Below are positions 9,382 through 18,718 of a DNA stretch of 64,000 bases, in pieces (position 1 is the first letter of the stretch; every line of letters starts with the position of its first letter). The position numbers were made by a program, and so were the translations under genes. Location of the stretch: the NCBI GenBank assembly GCA_947507965.1, contig CANNQU010000006.1, positions 1,275-65,274 of the forward strand, in the 5' to 3' direction. The stretch is from Bacteroidota bacterium. GTDB lineage: Bacteria > Bacteroidota > Bacteroidia > UKL13-3. Under the pieces are notes generated by a model. It did not search any database. It worked only from the letters and a program-made list of their open reading frames with translations, and was not told the DNA's origin.

Positions 9382-9885
9382 CTATTCTTTTTTACTCCCC
9401 ATTCTCTGAATAAGATCCTCGTCCTTTAAATCACTTTTATTTGCAATAAGTTTCTCTTTACAGTCAGCCAGTTTTTTTATGGCTAGGTCATTATTATCGG
9501 AGATGCTTTTCATGCTTTGTTTGTCAAGCAGCATTTGTGTGTAATTGTCGATAATTCCAGTATAGGCACTTTCTTTGAGGTCGTTCTTAACGAAATAATC
9601 CTTGAGTGCCTTTATGCCTTTATCAATTTCATTTGACAATACCACGGCATCGTTGGCTGTGGGCTTAAAGGCCCTCAGTTTTCGATCAATGGTGTCCATC
9701 TGTGTAACAATAAAGGCCTGCTTTGAATTTTCGTCATCCATTTTTGCCACATTAACGGCGTCTTTATCCATCTGTTTTCCAGAAGGGCCACGGTAATCGC
9801 TAAATAACGATACCACTAATAGCAATACACTAGCAAACATTAGTATGATGAAGGTTGTAAACTTGTTTTTTAAATCTTTTGTCAT
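9382..9885 (-). CDS. T6SSiii single-pass coiled-coil membrane protein (TssO/TssQ-like)
   Basis: N-terminal TM helix followed by coiled coil; same size and architecture as the upstream TssO. Confidence 0.65.
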   Translation of the reverse strand: MTKDLKNKFTTFIILMFASVLLLVVSLFSDYRGPSGKQMDKDAVNVAKMDDENSKQAFIVTQMDTIDRKLRAFKPTANDAVVLSNEIDKGIKALKDYFVKNDLKESAYTGIIDNYTQMLLDKQSMKSISDNNDLAIKKLADCKEKLIANKSDLKDEDLIQRMGSKKE

Positions 9886-9927
9886 GACGGTGCTTTTTTA
9901 GAATGCGATTTATTTTCTATGAATCGT

Positions 9928-10419
9928 TTATTTTTTTTCTCTCTTCTCCTTTAGTTCTTTCTCTATTTTCCTATTATCTTCTTCACATTCCCTTAAAACA
10001 CCATTCGCCTCCGATAACTGCTTATTGGCACCATTTAATTCGGCTTTCAAACTCAGCATGATATTATTGTTTTCTATTATTTTATTATACACCCCATTGG
10101 TAACCTTATCTTTTTGCAAGGAAGTTTCCAATTCAATATTCTTATTACTAATATCTTTTAAGAGGAAAGTTTGGGCTGCTCCCGGCGTGTTATATTCTTT
10201 TAGTTTCAAATTAATGGCATCAATCTGACTCATGAAACCAGATTGTTTTGCCTTAAAGGCATCGTATTCTTTGAGTTGCACTTTGAGCTCCGCATATTGT
10301 TTTTTGGGAATGATAAAATTGAAGCTGACTACAGCCGTAATTAAGGTCACAGAAAGGGTAAAAAACAGTACAAAAATCCAGAAGGAGCTATCGCGTTCTT
10401 TGGTATTAAGAGGTTTCAT
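9928..10419 (-). CDS. tssO: T6SSiii membrane protein TssO
   Basis: The N-terminus MKPLNTKERDSSFWIFVLFF...FNF plus coiled coil resembles TssO; directly after tssK. Confidence 0.75.
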   Translation of the reverse strand: MKPLNTKERDSSFWIFVLFFTLSVTLITAVVSFNFIIPKKQYAELKVQLKEYDAFKAKQSGFMSQIDAINLKLKEYNTPGAAQTFLLKDISNKNIELETSLQKDKVTNGVYNKIIENNNIMLSLKAELNGANKQLSEANGVLRECEEDNRKIEKELKEKREKK

Positions 10420-10560
10420 TAATTATATTTATTTTTATGGTTAAATTATTTTATACTTCAAATTTCAAATTTTCTTATCGATTTCATGCCACCATCCTAT
10501 GAAAGGCAGCAGATACTTTATGTTCTGCTAATTTTTCAACATGATTTACATCTTTCTACC

Positions 10561-11712
10561 TTAGAAGTCGAGCATGGAGAATCCTTTTTTCTTTTCTGGT
10601 TTTTTATCAATCTCTTTTTCTCTAACAAAAATATCACGTTCTTTTTTACGACCGATTAATTCCAATGAGTTTAATTTATCTAATAAAGAAGCTAAAATGC
10701 TCAGCATATAATCCACCTTAGCCAATGAATCGTAACAGTCGTTATGATCGTATTCGATGTCAATCACTTCATCAAGTATTCCCATAAATTGAGCCGGTGT
10801 TAAGTCGGTCCACTCTTTGAAATAGTTTAAGAGTTCTTCCCGGTCTTTTTCTTTATGCCCATTGATGCTCACCTTTACTTCGTTGGCGAGTTGCGAAAAC
10901 ATTTCCACTACATAAATTGGCGATTGTTGTGGCAGCATCGATCGGAACCTGAAAAAAGAAGCCGAGGTATTATAAACCAATCGTTCGCAAACATGTCTCA
11001 CATTTTGTGCTATGCCTGAATCCTGGCTGTTATCCAATACTTTTTTCACAATATTGGTACTGTAATTTTGAATGCCATTTAGGTAACCGCCGATGGTGTT
11101 ATATATTGTTTTTAGAGCGGGGTGCGCAACGATGGAAGTACAGGCAGGAATAAATCGTTGGTCGAATACGAATTCATTCGACTTGTAATGCAGCCTGCCA
11201 ATAATGATAAAATGTTCGCCAAGCTCGGAAGCTTTAATTTGATCGGAAGGAACAACGCTGATTTCTATGGTTGGCTTTTCAAATGGGTGGCGTGGTGGCT
11301 GTTCTTCGGCATTGGGTGAGCCCGTTGGTAAGCGAATAAATGGATTAATAGTAAGTACCACATCAAAAACGCCGGTTCCTTTTTTTGCAATATCGGCCGC
11401 AACTTGTATTGTTGAGGTAATTTCTTCGTTGCCTTCAAGTACCTCAATACGGCATCCACCCTGTGTTATAGCCCGGCATTGAGATAACGAGACTTTATAG
11501 CTTTCGCTTTGTGTTTCTTTTACGGTAAAGGTAAGTGAGTTCTTTTCGCCGAATAATGGAGGCAACAAGCCATAGTTAAAACTCGTAAGCTGCAATGAAA
11601 TACCATCGCGAATATGATCGTAAATAAAATGATTAGTCTCAGCGAAATGAGATTTTGAAATCTTCATCCCATCGATCCAATTTACGGCGTTGTGTTTTAT
11701 TTTAGGAATCAT
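10561..11712 (-). CDS. tssK: T6SSiii baseplate protein TssK
   Basis: VNWIDGMKISKSHF, FNYGLLP, CRAITQGGCRIE, EQPPRHP, FIPAC motifs; between tssN and tssO. Confidence 0.85.
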   Translation of the reverse strand: MIPKIKHNAVNWIDGMKISKSHFAETNHFIYDHIRDGISLQLTSFNYGLLPPLFGEKNSLTFTVKETQSESYKVSLSQCRAITQGGCRIEVLEGNEEITSTIQVAADIAKKGTGVFDVVLTINPFIRLPTGSPNAEEQPPRHPFEKPTIEISVVPSDQIKASELGEHFIIIGRLHYKSNEFVFDQRFIPACTSIVAHPALKTIYNTIGGYLNGIQNYSTNIVKKVLDNSQDSGIAQNVRHVCERLVYNTSASFFRFRSMLPQQSPIYVVEMFSQLANEVKVSINGHKEKDREELLNYFKEWTDLTPAQFMGILDEVIDIEYDHNDCYDSLAKVDYMLSILASLLDKLNSLELIGRKKERDIFVREKEIDKKPEKKKGFSMLDF

Positions 11713-11776
11713 TATTTATTTAATTTGTTTGTCTTTTAGAAAGAAGTTTAACTCTATGATCATCCAAAGCGCCTTC

Positions 11777-12637
11777 CTAGGTAACTTCCACACGTTTCGC
11801 CACCACGGCCACATTTTCCTTTAGTTTATTGGCTTTAATACTGATATCGGGGTCGATGTATTTTTTGCCGGTAAAAAAATTTCCTTTGGTATAAAAAATC
11901 CATCCGTGTGCTTCACCTTCCGAATTGCTATATTGAATCTGACTCTCGTCGAATTTCATATTATAATTGGCGATGAAGGAAACGAACCAATCGGTAAAAT
12001 TCATTTCCAATGGAGCTTTCGCTTTGAAATTACTGATTACGGTATCATTCGGCGACTTCGAAAATTCGATATCGAGCAAAAACATTCTATTCAAATCCAT
12101 ACGCTCAAAATCAGGCTCTTCATAGTCGGTGGGGTGATACCAAACTTTATAGATTTCGGGAGGGATGGCAGCAAATTTATTGAAAGCTAAATCCACCATA
12201 TAAGGAATGAAAAAACTGAGATAGCAGGTTGCAAACCACCATTCGATATTATTGTTGTTGAATACCGAAAAGAGGTAAATAAAGATGAACAAGCCAAAGA
12301 CAATAGGGATAAACATGAAAATCCATTCCGTTAATGCCGTTTTGTTGAAATATGGGCTAAAGCCACGCTTCATCGTACTCCAGAAAAGCCATCCAATGCC
12401 AAGTACCCAAACTTGTGCAAAGAGATAAAACCAAGTAATATTGCTATCGAAGAACAAGAACGCCAGGACCCCCAGAAGACCTAACAAGAAAGAAAACAGA
12501 AAACCCACACCCAAATTTTTCCTTCGGGTAATGGCGGGGTTACCAGAGATTAAGTATTTGTAAATCAAGATTAGAATTACACCTACGATTAACAGCACAA
12601 TGACAGGAATGGGTAGGTAATGCAGTAACTTTTTCAT
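11777..12637 (-). CDS. tssN: T6SSiii inner-membrane protein TssN
   Basis: Several N-terminal TM helices, then IPPEIYKVWY, KAKAP..M.F.DWF..FI.NYN, GWIFYTK, YIDPD. Confidence 0.88.
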   Translation of the reverse strand: MKKLLHYLPIPVIVLLIVGVILILIYKYLISGNPAITRRKNLGVGFLFSFLLGLLGVLAFLFFDSNITWFYLFAQVWVLGIGWLFWSTMKRGFSPYFNKTALTEWIFMFIPIVFGLFIFIYLFSVFNNNNIEWWFATCYLSFFIPYMVDLAFNKFAAIPPEIYKVWYHPTDYEEPDFERMDLNRMFLLDIEFSKSPNDTVISNFKAKAPLEMNFTDWFVSFIANYNMKFDESQIQYSNSEGEAHGWIFYTKGNFFTGKKYIDPDISIKANKLKENVAVVAKRVEVT

Positions 12638-12700
12638 ATAATATATTCAATAACGTTGGTAATGGTTGATGGTTATTTTTTTTTAAAATTTTGTCTCGGG

Positions 12701-13639
12701 TCAAATATATGTATTATAACCTAAATAGGAGATATTAGATTTTTCGTTTAATGATAATTTATTTTCATGACGTTGCATGCTTAGTTTTATGATGGAGTGT
12801 ACGTGAGAAGGGAAAAAGAAATCCTGTAGTAACTTCAACAGATAGTGCCCTTCCCCGGTGGGAAGAAAAGAATGAAAATCCATTGCAGAGAGCGGTCCTA
12901 TTTTTATTTCCAGGTGAGGTATGGAGATATTGAAACTATCGCCAACCAATGAATCTAAGCCTAAGGTCATGGTGCTTAGACGGGCCTGAGTTTTGCTTTT
13001 AACAGTATATTTTTCATTCGTATAACGCAGTGCGATACTAACTCCGAGTACCGTCTGCATTACCTTTTGAAGCTTTTCGATGTCTCCTCTTAAGATATGT
13101 GCCAAGGGTAGATAATTCATCAAAAGGTTTATTTGCTTAGAAGAGAGTTTTTGTACCACCCTCCAAATTCGTTGCAATAATTTCTTATTGGCAGAAGTGG
13201 TAAATCCTTGAATAGCATATTTTTCTCGCTTCTCCAGTAAAACACGTAAATTGAAAAACTCGTTTTCGAAGGGTGCAAAAAATTTACGTGCATAACCTTC
13301 CTCCACTCGATGTTTCTTTAGTTCGTCCAATACATCGCCATGCTTAGCCGAGCGAGTTCTTACCGAAGGCTGATGGAATAATCCTTCAGGAAGGCCATCA
13401 TAAAGGCCATCCCGACTTAGTTCTAACACTATTTCTTGTGCCTCCTCCGGTAATACATTTTCGGGGAAGCCTACCTCTTGAATATCTTTTCTAACGGAAC
13501 GAAGGAATCCACCTAGGTGATGGGTTAAAATTTCATGATTGGAAAAATCATTGTCATGCAGTTCACTCACCACCACCTCCGCTTTGATATCGGCGTTATA
13601 ATTCGAGATAACCTCTTTTAGCTTGATAAATTTTTCCAC
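12701..13639 (-). CDS. tssG: T6SSiii baseplate protein TssG
   Basis: GTG start; DIKAEV, SRDGLYDGLPEGLFHQ, EEGYARKFFAPFENEFF, C-terminal LGYNTYI. Confidence 0.88.
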   Translation of the reverse strand: MEKFIKLKEVISNYNADIKAEVVVSELHDNDFSNHEILTHHLGGFLRSVRKDIQEVGFPENVLPEEAQEIVLELSRDGLYDGLPEGLFHQPSVRTRSAKHGDVLDELKKHRVEEGYARKFFAPFENEFFNLRVLLEKREKYAIQGFTTSANKKLLQRIWRVVQKLSSKQINLLMNYLPLAHILRGDIEKLQKVMQTVLGVSIALRYTNEKYTVKSKTQARLSTMTLGLDSLVGDSFNISIPHLEIKIGPLSAMDFHSFLPTGEGHYLLKLLQDFFFPSHVHSIIKLSMQRHENKLSLNEKSNISYLGYNTYI

Positions 13640-13659
13640 TACGATTTTTAAAAAGAAAG

Positions 13660-13667
13660 CAAACTTA
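13660..13667 (-). promoter_or_regulatory. Bacteroidota -7 promoter element (TAAGTTTG) upstream of tssG
   Basis: Exact TAnnTTTG match 20 bp upstream of the tssG start; no clear -33 element at canonical spacing. Confidence 0.55.
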
Positions 13668-13801
13668 TAAAATATTACACAATTACGCTACCTAAATTTC
13701 AAGTTTTTTAGAAATCGAAGAATACAGAAGGCAGAAAACCTAAAAACGAGGAAGTAAAGGTTCAAATATGCTATGACCCAAGGCATGGTAAGTGAATAAT
13801 A

Positions 13802-14446
13802 CTAACCCTGAATAAAAGGGTTATGCTTCATTTCATGTCCTACACGGGTCGGTTCTCCGTGGCCGCTATAGATGGTCGTTTCCATTGGCAAGGTATAGAT
13901 TTTGTTCGTGATGGTCGATAATAACGTAGCGGCATTGCCTCCAGGTAAATCCGTTCTTCCAATGCTTCCCATAAAAATAACATCGCCACTCAACACGAAA
14001 TGTTGTTTTGCGCAATAAAAACTCACATGCCCCCGAGAGTGTCCGGGTGTAAATAGGATCTCTAGGCTTTCCTTACCAATAAATATAGTCTCTGTATCTC
14101 TTAATGTGGTTTTGGGTGTAGGAGAGGTGTTTAAGTTTATCCCCCAAATTAAACTCGTTTTAATGGTGTTTTCGAAAGTAATCAGGTCTTCCAGGTGTAT
14201 CTCGGGTGTTAATTGATATTTTGTGGCGCAGGCTTCATTTCCTAAAATATGGTCGATATGAGCATGGGTGTTCAGCAAGCGTGTAACTCGAAGCGCCTGC
14301 TCTTCAATAAAATGAAAGAGCCGTTCATTTTCCTGCACATATTGATTGCCGGCATCAACGATCACGGCTTCAGCACTCTCCGTATCATAAACGATATATG
14401 TGTTTTCTTGAATAAAATTGAAAGTAAAGCACTTTATTTTTAACAT
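13802..14446 (-). CDS. MBL-fold metallo-hydrolase (glyoxalase II-like)
   Basis: THAHIDH, TPGHSRG, SGDVIF, GRTDLPGG, SGHG motifs; start placed at ATG 14446, after a TATCTTTG box. Confidence 0.9.
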   Translation of the reverse strand: MLKIKCFTFNFIQENTYIVYDTESAEAVIVDAGNQYVQENERLFHFIEEQALRVTRLLNTHAHIDHILGNEACATKYQLTPEIHLEDLITFENTIKTSLIWGINLNTSPTPKTTLRDTETIFIGKESLEILFTPGHSRGHVSFYCAKQHFVLSGDVIFMGSIGRTDLPGGNAATLLSTITNKIYTLPMETTIYSGHGEPTRVGHEMKHNPFIQG

Positions 14447-14608
14447 AGTCGCAAAGATAGGGCAAATAATATGGCAGGCCCGTTTATGATAATGATGCGT
14501 CATTTGATAGAGGAATCCGAAAATTAAGCATGATCCAAAAAAACTTTTGTTTCATATTTTTAAAATGTTGTTATTTGCACTTTATTTTTTAATAACCATT
14601 ATCGTATT

Positions 14609-14845
14609 ATGTCAGACATTGCAACCAAAGTAAAGAACATTATTGTTGAAAAATTAGGCGTAGAAGAAGCTGAAGTAACGCTGGAGGCGAGTTTCACTAA
14701 TGACCTGGGTGCCGATTCATTGGACACCGTAGAGTTAATTATGGAATTCGAAAAAGAATTCAACATCGCTATTCCCGATGACCAAGCGGAGAAAATTGGC
14801 ACCGTTGGCGACGCTATCCGATACATTGAGGGCGCTTCCAAATAA
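14609..14845 (+). CDS. acpP: Acyl carrier protein
   Basis: [20 protein letters not shown] motif. Confidence 0.97.
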   Translation: MSDIATKVKNIIVEKLGVEEAEVTLEASFTNDLGADSLDTVELIMEFEKEFNIAIPDDQAEKIGTVGDAIRYIEGASK

Positions 14846-14922
14846 TTTTTCAATTAAAAAACACCGCCTAACCCTTTCCATTTTTTAGTGGAAGGGTTAG
14901 ACAGCGGATGACTTTTCACATT

Positions 14923-16176
14923 ATGGAGCTTAAAAGAGTCGTCATCACTGGTTTAGGAGCGCTAACCCCGATTGGAAATACAGTAGAAGAATACTGGAAT
15001 AACCTAGAGAAAGGTGTTAGTGGCGCTGGCCCTATTACGCGTTTCGATTGCTCTAAATTTAAAACTCGTTTCGCCTGTGAGGTGAAAGGGTTTGATATTT
15101 TGAAGTATATGGAAAAGAAGGATGCGCGAAAGCTCGACCTTTTTTCACAGTTTGCCGTTGCCTGTGCAGCCGATGCTGTATTGGATTCTGGTATTGAAAA
15201 CGCGGGAGTTAATAAAGATAGAATTGGGGTCATTTGGGGTACCGGTATCGGTGGGTTATCAACTTTTTTTAGAGAAGTAATGGAGTTTGGAAGAGGCGAT
15301 GGTACGCCTCGTTTTAATCCATTTTTTATCCCCATGATGATTAGTGATATTGCATCTGGTCATATTTCTATGCGTCATGGTTTTCGTGGTCCTAATTATA
15401 TCACGACGTCTGCTTGTGCTTCGGGTAATAACGCCATCATTGATGCGTTTAACTATATACGACTTGGGAAAGCCGACATTATGATTGCCGGTGGAAGTGA
15501 AGCCGCTGTGAATGAACCTGCAGTAGGTGGTTTTAATGCGATGAAAGCGCTGTCGGAGAGAAATGACGACCCGGAAACGGCATCACGCCCTTTTGATAAT
15601 GAACGGGATGGATTTGTGATCGGTGAAGGAGGCGGAGCATTGGTGTTGGAAGAGTTAGAGCATGCGAAAGCTCGTGGGGCAAAAATATATGCGGAAGTAG
15701 CCGGCGCAGGTATGAGTGCGGATGCTTACCATCTAACCGCACCACACCCCGAAGGTTTAGGTGTCGTTCTGGTTTTAAATGAGGCTTTACGTGATGCGGA
15801 AATAACCATAAACGATATCGAATATATTAACGTGCACGGCACCTCGACCCCATTAGGCGATATCGCCGAATTAAAGGCCATCAGTAAGGTTTTTGGTGAA
15901 CAGGTTTACAACCTTAATATCAGCAGTACCAAATCGATGACGGGTCATCTTTTGGGAGGAGCAGGGGCAGTTGAAGCATTAGCTGCGGTTATGGCAGTAT
16001 ATAAGGATATAATCCCTCCAACCATTAATCATTTTACCGACGACCCGAATATTGATCCACGGTTAAATTTAACCTTTAATAAAGCGCAATATCGTACCGT
16101 AAATTATGCACTTAGCAATTGCTTTGGCTTTGGCGGACATAACGCTACGGTTATCTTCAAAAAATATTCAGTATAG
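14923..16176 (+). CDS. fabF: Beta-ketoacyl-ACP synthase II
   Basis: RVVITGLG, SACASG, HGTST, KSMTGHLLG, GFGGHN; follows acpP. Confidence 0.96.
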   Translation: MELKRVVITGLGALTPIGNTVEEYWNNLEKGVSGAGPITRFDCSKFKTRFACEVKGFDILKYMEKKDARKLDLFSQFAVACAADAVLDSGIENAGVNKDRIGVIWGTGIGGLSTFFREVMEFGRGDGTPRFNPFFIPMMISDIASGHISMRHGFRGPNYITTSACASGNNAIIDAFNYIRLGKADIMIAGGSEAAVNEPAVGGFNAMKALSERNDDPETASRPFDNERDGFVIGEGGGALVLEELEHAKARGAKIYAEVAGAGMSADAYHLTAPHPEGLGVVLVLNEALRDAEITINDIEYINVHGTSTPLGDIAELKAISKVFGEQVYNLNISSTKSMTGHLLGGAGAVEALAAVMAVYKDIIPPTINHFTDDPNIDPRLNLTFNKAQYRTVNYALSNCFGFGGHNATVIFKKYSV

Positions 16177-16200
16177 AAAGTCGATTTATTCTGGAAGTTT

Positions 16201-16932
16201 ATGATAAAGTATCTCCTTTCTATTTTATCATCTAACGATAGGTCATTACGCAAAGAAATTTTTCGCGTAACGTCTATCCGCCCAACGAATTTAAAACTTT
16301 ATAGGCAAGCGTTTCGACATTCATCGGTGTCTAAACCAATTGAAGGAACCAATATAAAAAACAGTAACGAGCGCCTTGAATACCTCGGGGATGCCATACT
16401 TAATGCCGTTGTTGCACAAGTATTGTTTTTAAAGTTCCCCTTTAAAGATGAAGGTTTTTTAACCCAACTCCGAAGCAAAATAGTAAGTCGGGAACAACTA
16501 AATAATATTGCAAAAAAAATAGGAATCACCGATTTAGTTGATTTGGATAAGAAGGTTGGAAACCAACGGAATCGATTAAAGAGCATGCCGGGAAATACGT
16601 TAGAGGCATTTCTCGGAGCCTTATTTTTAGACAAAGGATATAATGCAACGGAGAAATTTATCTCTTTACAGCTGCTTAATGTTTATCTCGATATCGATGT
16701 CTTAGTAACCATCGAAACCAATTTCAAGAGTCGAATTATTAATTGGTGCCAGAAAGAGGCGAAGGTAATTACATTCGAAAATATTGATACCGTGATGGGT
16801 AAACATAACCAAAAACAGTTTAAGGTACAAGTCATGATCGATGAAAAATCGTATGGTATTGGCCTTGATTACAACAAACGTAAAGCCGAGCAGGAAGCTG
16901 CTGAAAAGACGTGCAAGATGCTTGGAATTTGA
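16201..16932 (+). CDS. rnc: Ribonuclease III
   Basis: NERLEYLGDAIL signature and C-terminal dsRBD. Confidence 0.96.
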   Translation: MIKYLLSILSSNDRSLRKEIFRVTSIRPTNLKLYRQAFRHSSVSKPIEGTNIKNSNERLEYLGDAILNAVVAQVLFLKFPFKDEGFLTQLRSKIVSREQLNNIAKKIGITDLVDLDKKVGNQRNRLKSMPGNTLEAFLGALFLDKGYNATEKFISLQLLNVYLDIDVLVTIETNFKSRIINWCQKEAKVITFENIDTVMGKHNQKQFKVQVMIDEKSYGIGLDYNKRKAEQEAAEKTCKMLGI

Positions 16933-17047
16933 TGAGAAGGAGGAGCATCTCTTCGGCTACTCTCTTGAATGGCTCAACAAAGTAATAAAGGTTCACTTTT
17001 CGCATCGCATGGAGAACGAAGCAGCACCGTTAATTTAAAGATTGTTG

Positions 17048-18580
17048 TTAGGGCATTAAATTGCCGTACATTCTAGGAAAAGGAATGGATTCGCGTACAT
17101 GCGGCAATTTGCATACCCATGTCACAATGCGTTCTAACCCCAATCCAAAACCGGCATGAGGAACACTTCCAAAGCGACGCAAATCTAAATACCATTCAAA
17201 AACGTCCAATGGTAAGCCATGCTCGTGTATTTTTTCTATCAGTAAGTCTACGTCCGTTTCCCGTTCTCCTCCTCCTATAATTTCACCGTAGCCCTCCGGT
17301 GCTAACACGTCAACACCTCGTGCAAAACGGGAGTCGTTAGGATCGCGTTTTAAATAGAATGCTTTTACGGCATGTGGCCAGTTATAAACCATGATGGGCA
17401 AGTCGAACAAACGGGTAATAACCGTTTCATCGCTACCACCAAAGTCATTGCCATACTCGAAATTTTTCGCCGAAGTAATCCAACCGGGGATATTACGTTG
17501 CTGTTCTTCGAGGTCTTTTAGTTCTTGCTTTAATCCATCGATTTTAGCTTGATTAAAATTGATTTCCCCTTGCTTTTTTATGACCCCAGTTTTAATTTTT
17601 TCTGTACGCTCGTCAATTTCGGCGGCAATGGTAATAATTCGTGCTTCAATAGTTTTCAACTCTTCTTCTAAGGAGAGAATACTGTTTTTCCCATTCACGT
17701 CTTTCTCTCCTTTAATAATAGCTACGGCTTCATCATACAATAAGCGAGGAAATCCATGGTTAACGGTGTTTTCAAGTACTTTTACATCACGCTCTAAAAT
17801 GGCTAACTCATTTTTGTTTTTATCGAGCACCTCTTTACAAATATGTTTCATCATGGCTTCAATACAATCCATATTCATGAAAATATCGTAGAAAGCCATC
17901 TCCGGTTCCATCATCCAAAACTCACTCAGATGACGCCGTGTTTTACTTTTCTCTGCCCTAAAGGTAGGCCCAAAGGTGTAAATCTTTCCCATGGCCATGG
18001 CCATGGCTTCCCCATATAGTTGCCCGCTTTGCGATAAATAGGCTTTGGTGTCTTTATCAAAATATTCCACTTCGAATAAATTACTCGTTCCTTCCGATGC
18101 GTTTCCTGTGAAAATCGGTGCATCCATTTGAACGAAGCCATCATTTTGAAAATAGGTATGAATACTATAGATAATGGTGTTTCGAATACGCATTATAGCC
18201 CATTGTCGTTGACTTCTTAGCCACAAATGACGGTTGGTCATTAAAAATTCGATGCCATGCTCTTTTTTTGTGATTGGATAATCGACCGCAATACTGATGA
18301 TTTTTAAGTCGGTTACCTGCAGCTCTATTCCTCCCATTTGTCGCTCATCGGCTTTTAGTGTTCCGGTAAGCACACAACTCGATTCTTGTGTTAATTTCTT
18401 GGCGTTTTCAAATACTTCAGGAGCTACCATCTGCTCATTAACCACACACTGACAACGGCCGGTACCATCTCGTAATACAATAAAAAACAAGCCCTTGCTG
18501 CTGCGCTTATTGTCGGTCCAGCCTTGTAGCGTTACGGTTTGCCCGATATATTGTTGAAGTTTCTCTATGGTGGTATTCAT
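17048..18580 (-). CDS. asnS: Asparagine--tRNA ligase with internal coiled-coil insertion
   Basis: OB-fold (LRDGTG), YLSQSGQLY, FRAEKSKTRRHLSEFWM, motif 3 PHAGFGLGLER. Confidence 0.92.
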   Translation of the reverse strand: MNTTIEKLQQYIGQTVTLQGWTDNKRSSKGLFFIVLRDGTGRCQCVVNEQMVAPEVFENAKKLTQESSCVLTGTLKADERQMGGIELQVTDLKIISIAVDYPITKKEHGIEFLMTNRHLWLRSQRQWAIMRIRNTIIYSIHTYFQNDGFVQMDAPIFTGNASEGTSNLFEVEYFDKDTKAYLSQSGQLYGEAMAMAMGKIYTFGPTFRAEKSKTRRHLSEFWMMEPEMAFYDIFMNMDCIEAMMKHICKEVLDKNKNELAILERDVKVLENTVNHGFPRLLYDEAVAIIKGEKDVNGKNSILSLEEELKTIEARIITIAAEIDERTEKIKTGVIKKQGEINFNQAKIDGLKQELKDLEEQQRNIPGWITSAKNFEYGNDFGGSDETVITRLFDLPIMVYNWPHAVKAFYLKRDPNDSRFARGVDVLAPEGYGEIIGGGERETDVDLLIEKIHEHGLPLDVFEWYLDLRRFGSVPHAGFGLGLERIVTWVCKLPHVRESIPFPRMYGNLMP

Positions 18581-18718
18581 GCGAAGAAGTTACTGAAATT
18601 GAAATGCGAAGATAAATTTTAATTGACAATTAACGATTGCTATTTCACAAAGAAGTACCACCTAAAAGTTGGATACTTAGATCAGGCGATGTTTATTACT
18701 AAGCAGTAACCATTATTT

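Noticed and set aside
13640-13801. Possible island boundary (att site, tRNA or IS) at the edge of the T6SS locus
   Set aside because: No tRNA, integrase, transposase or direct repeat seen.
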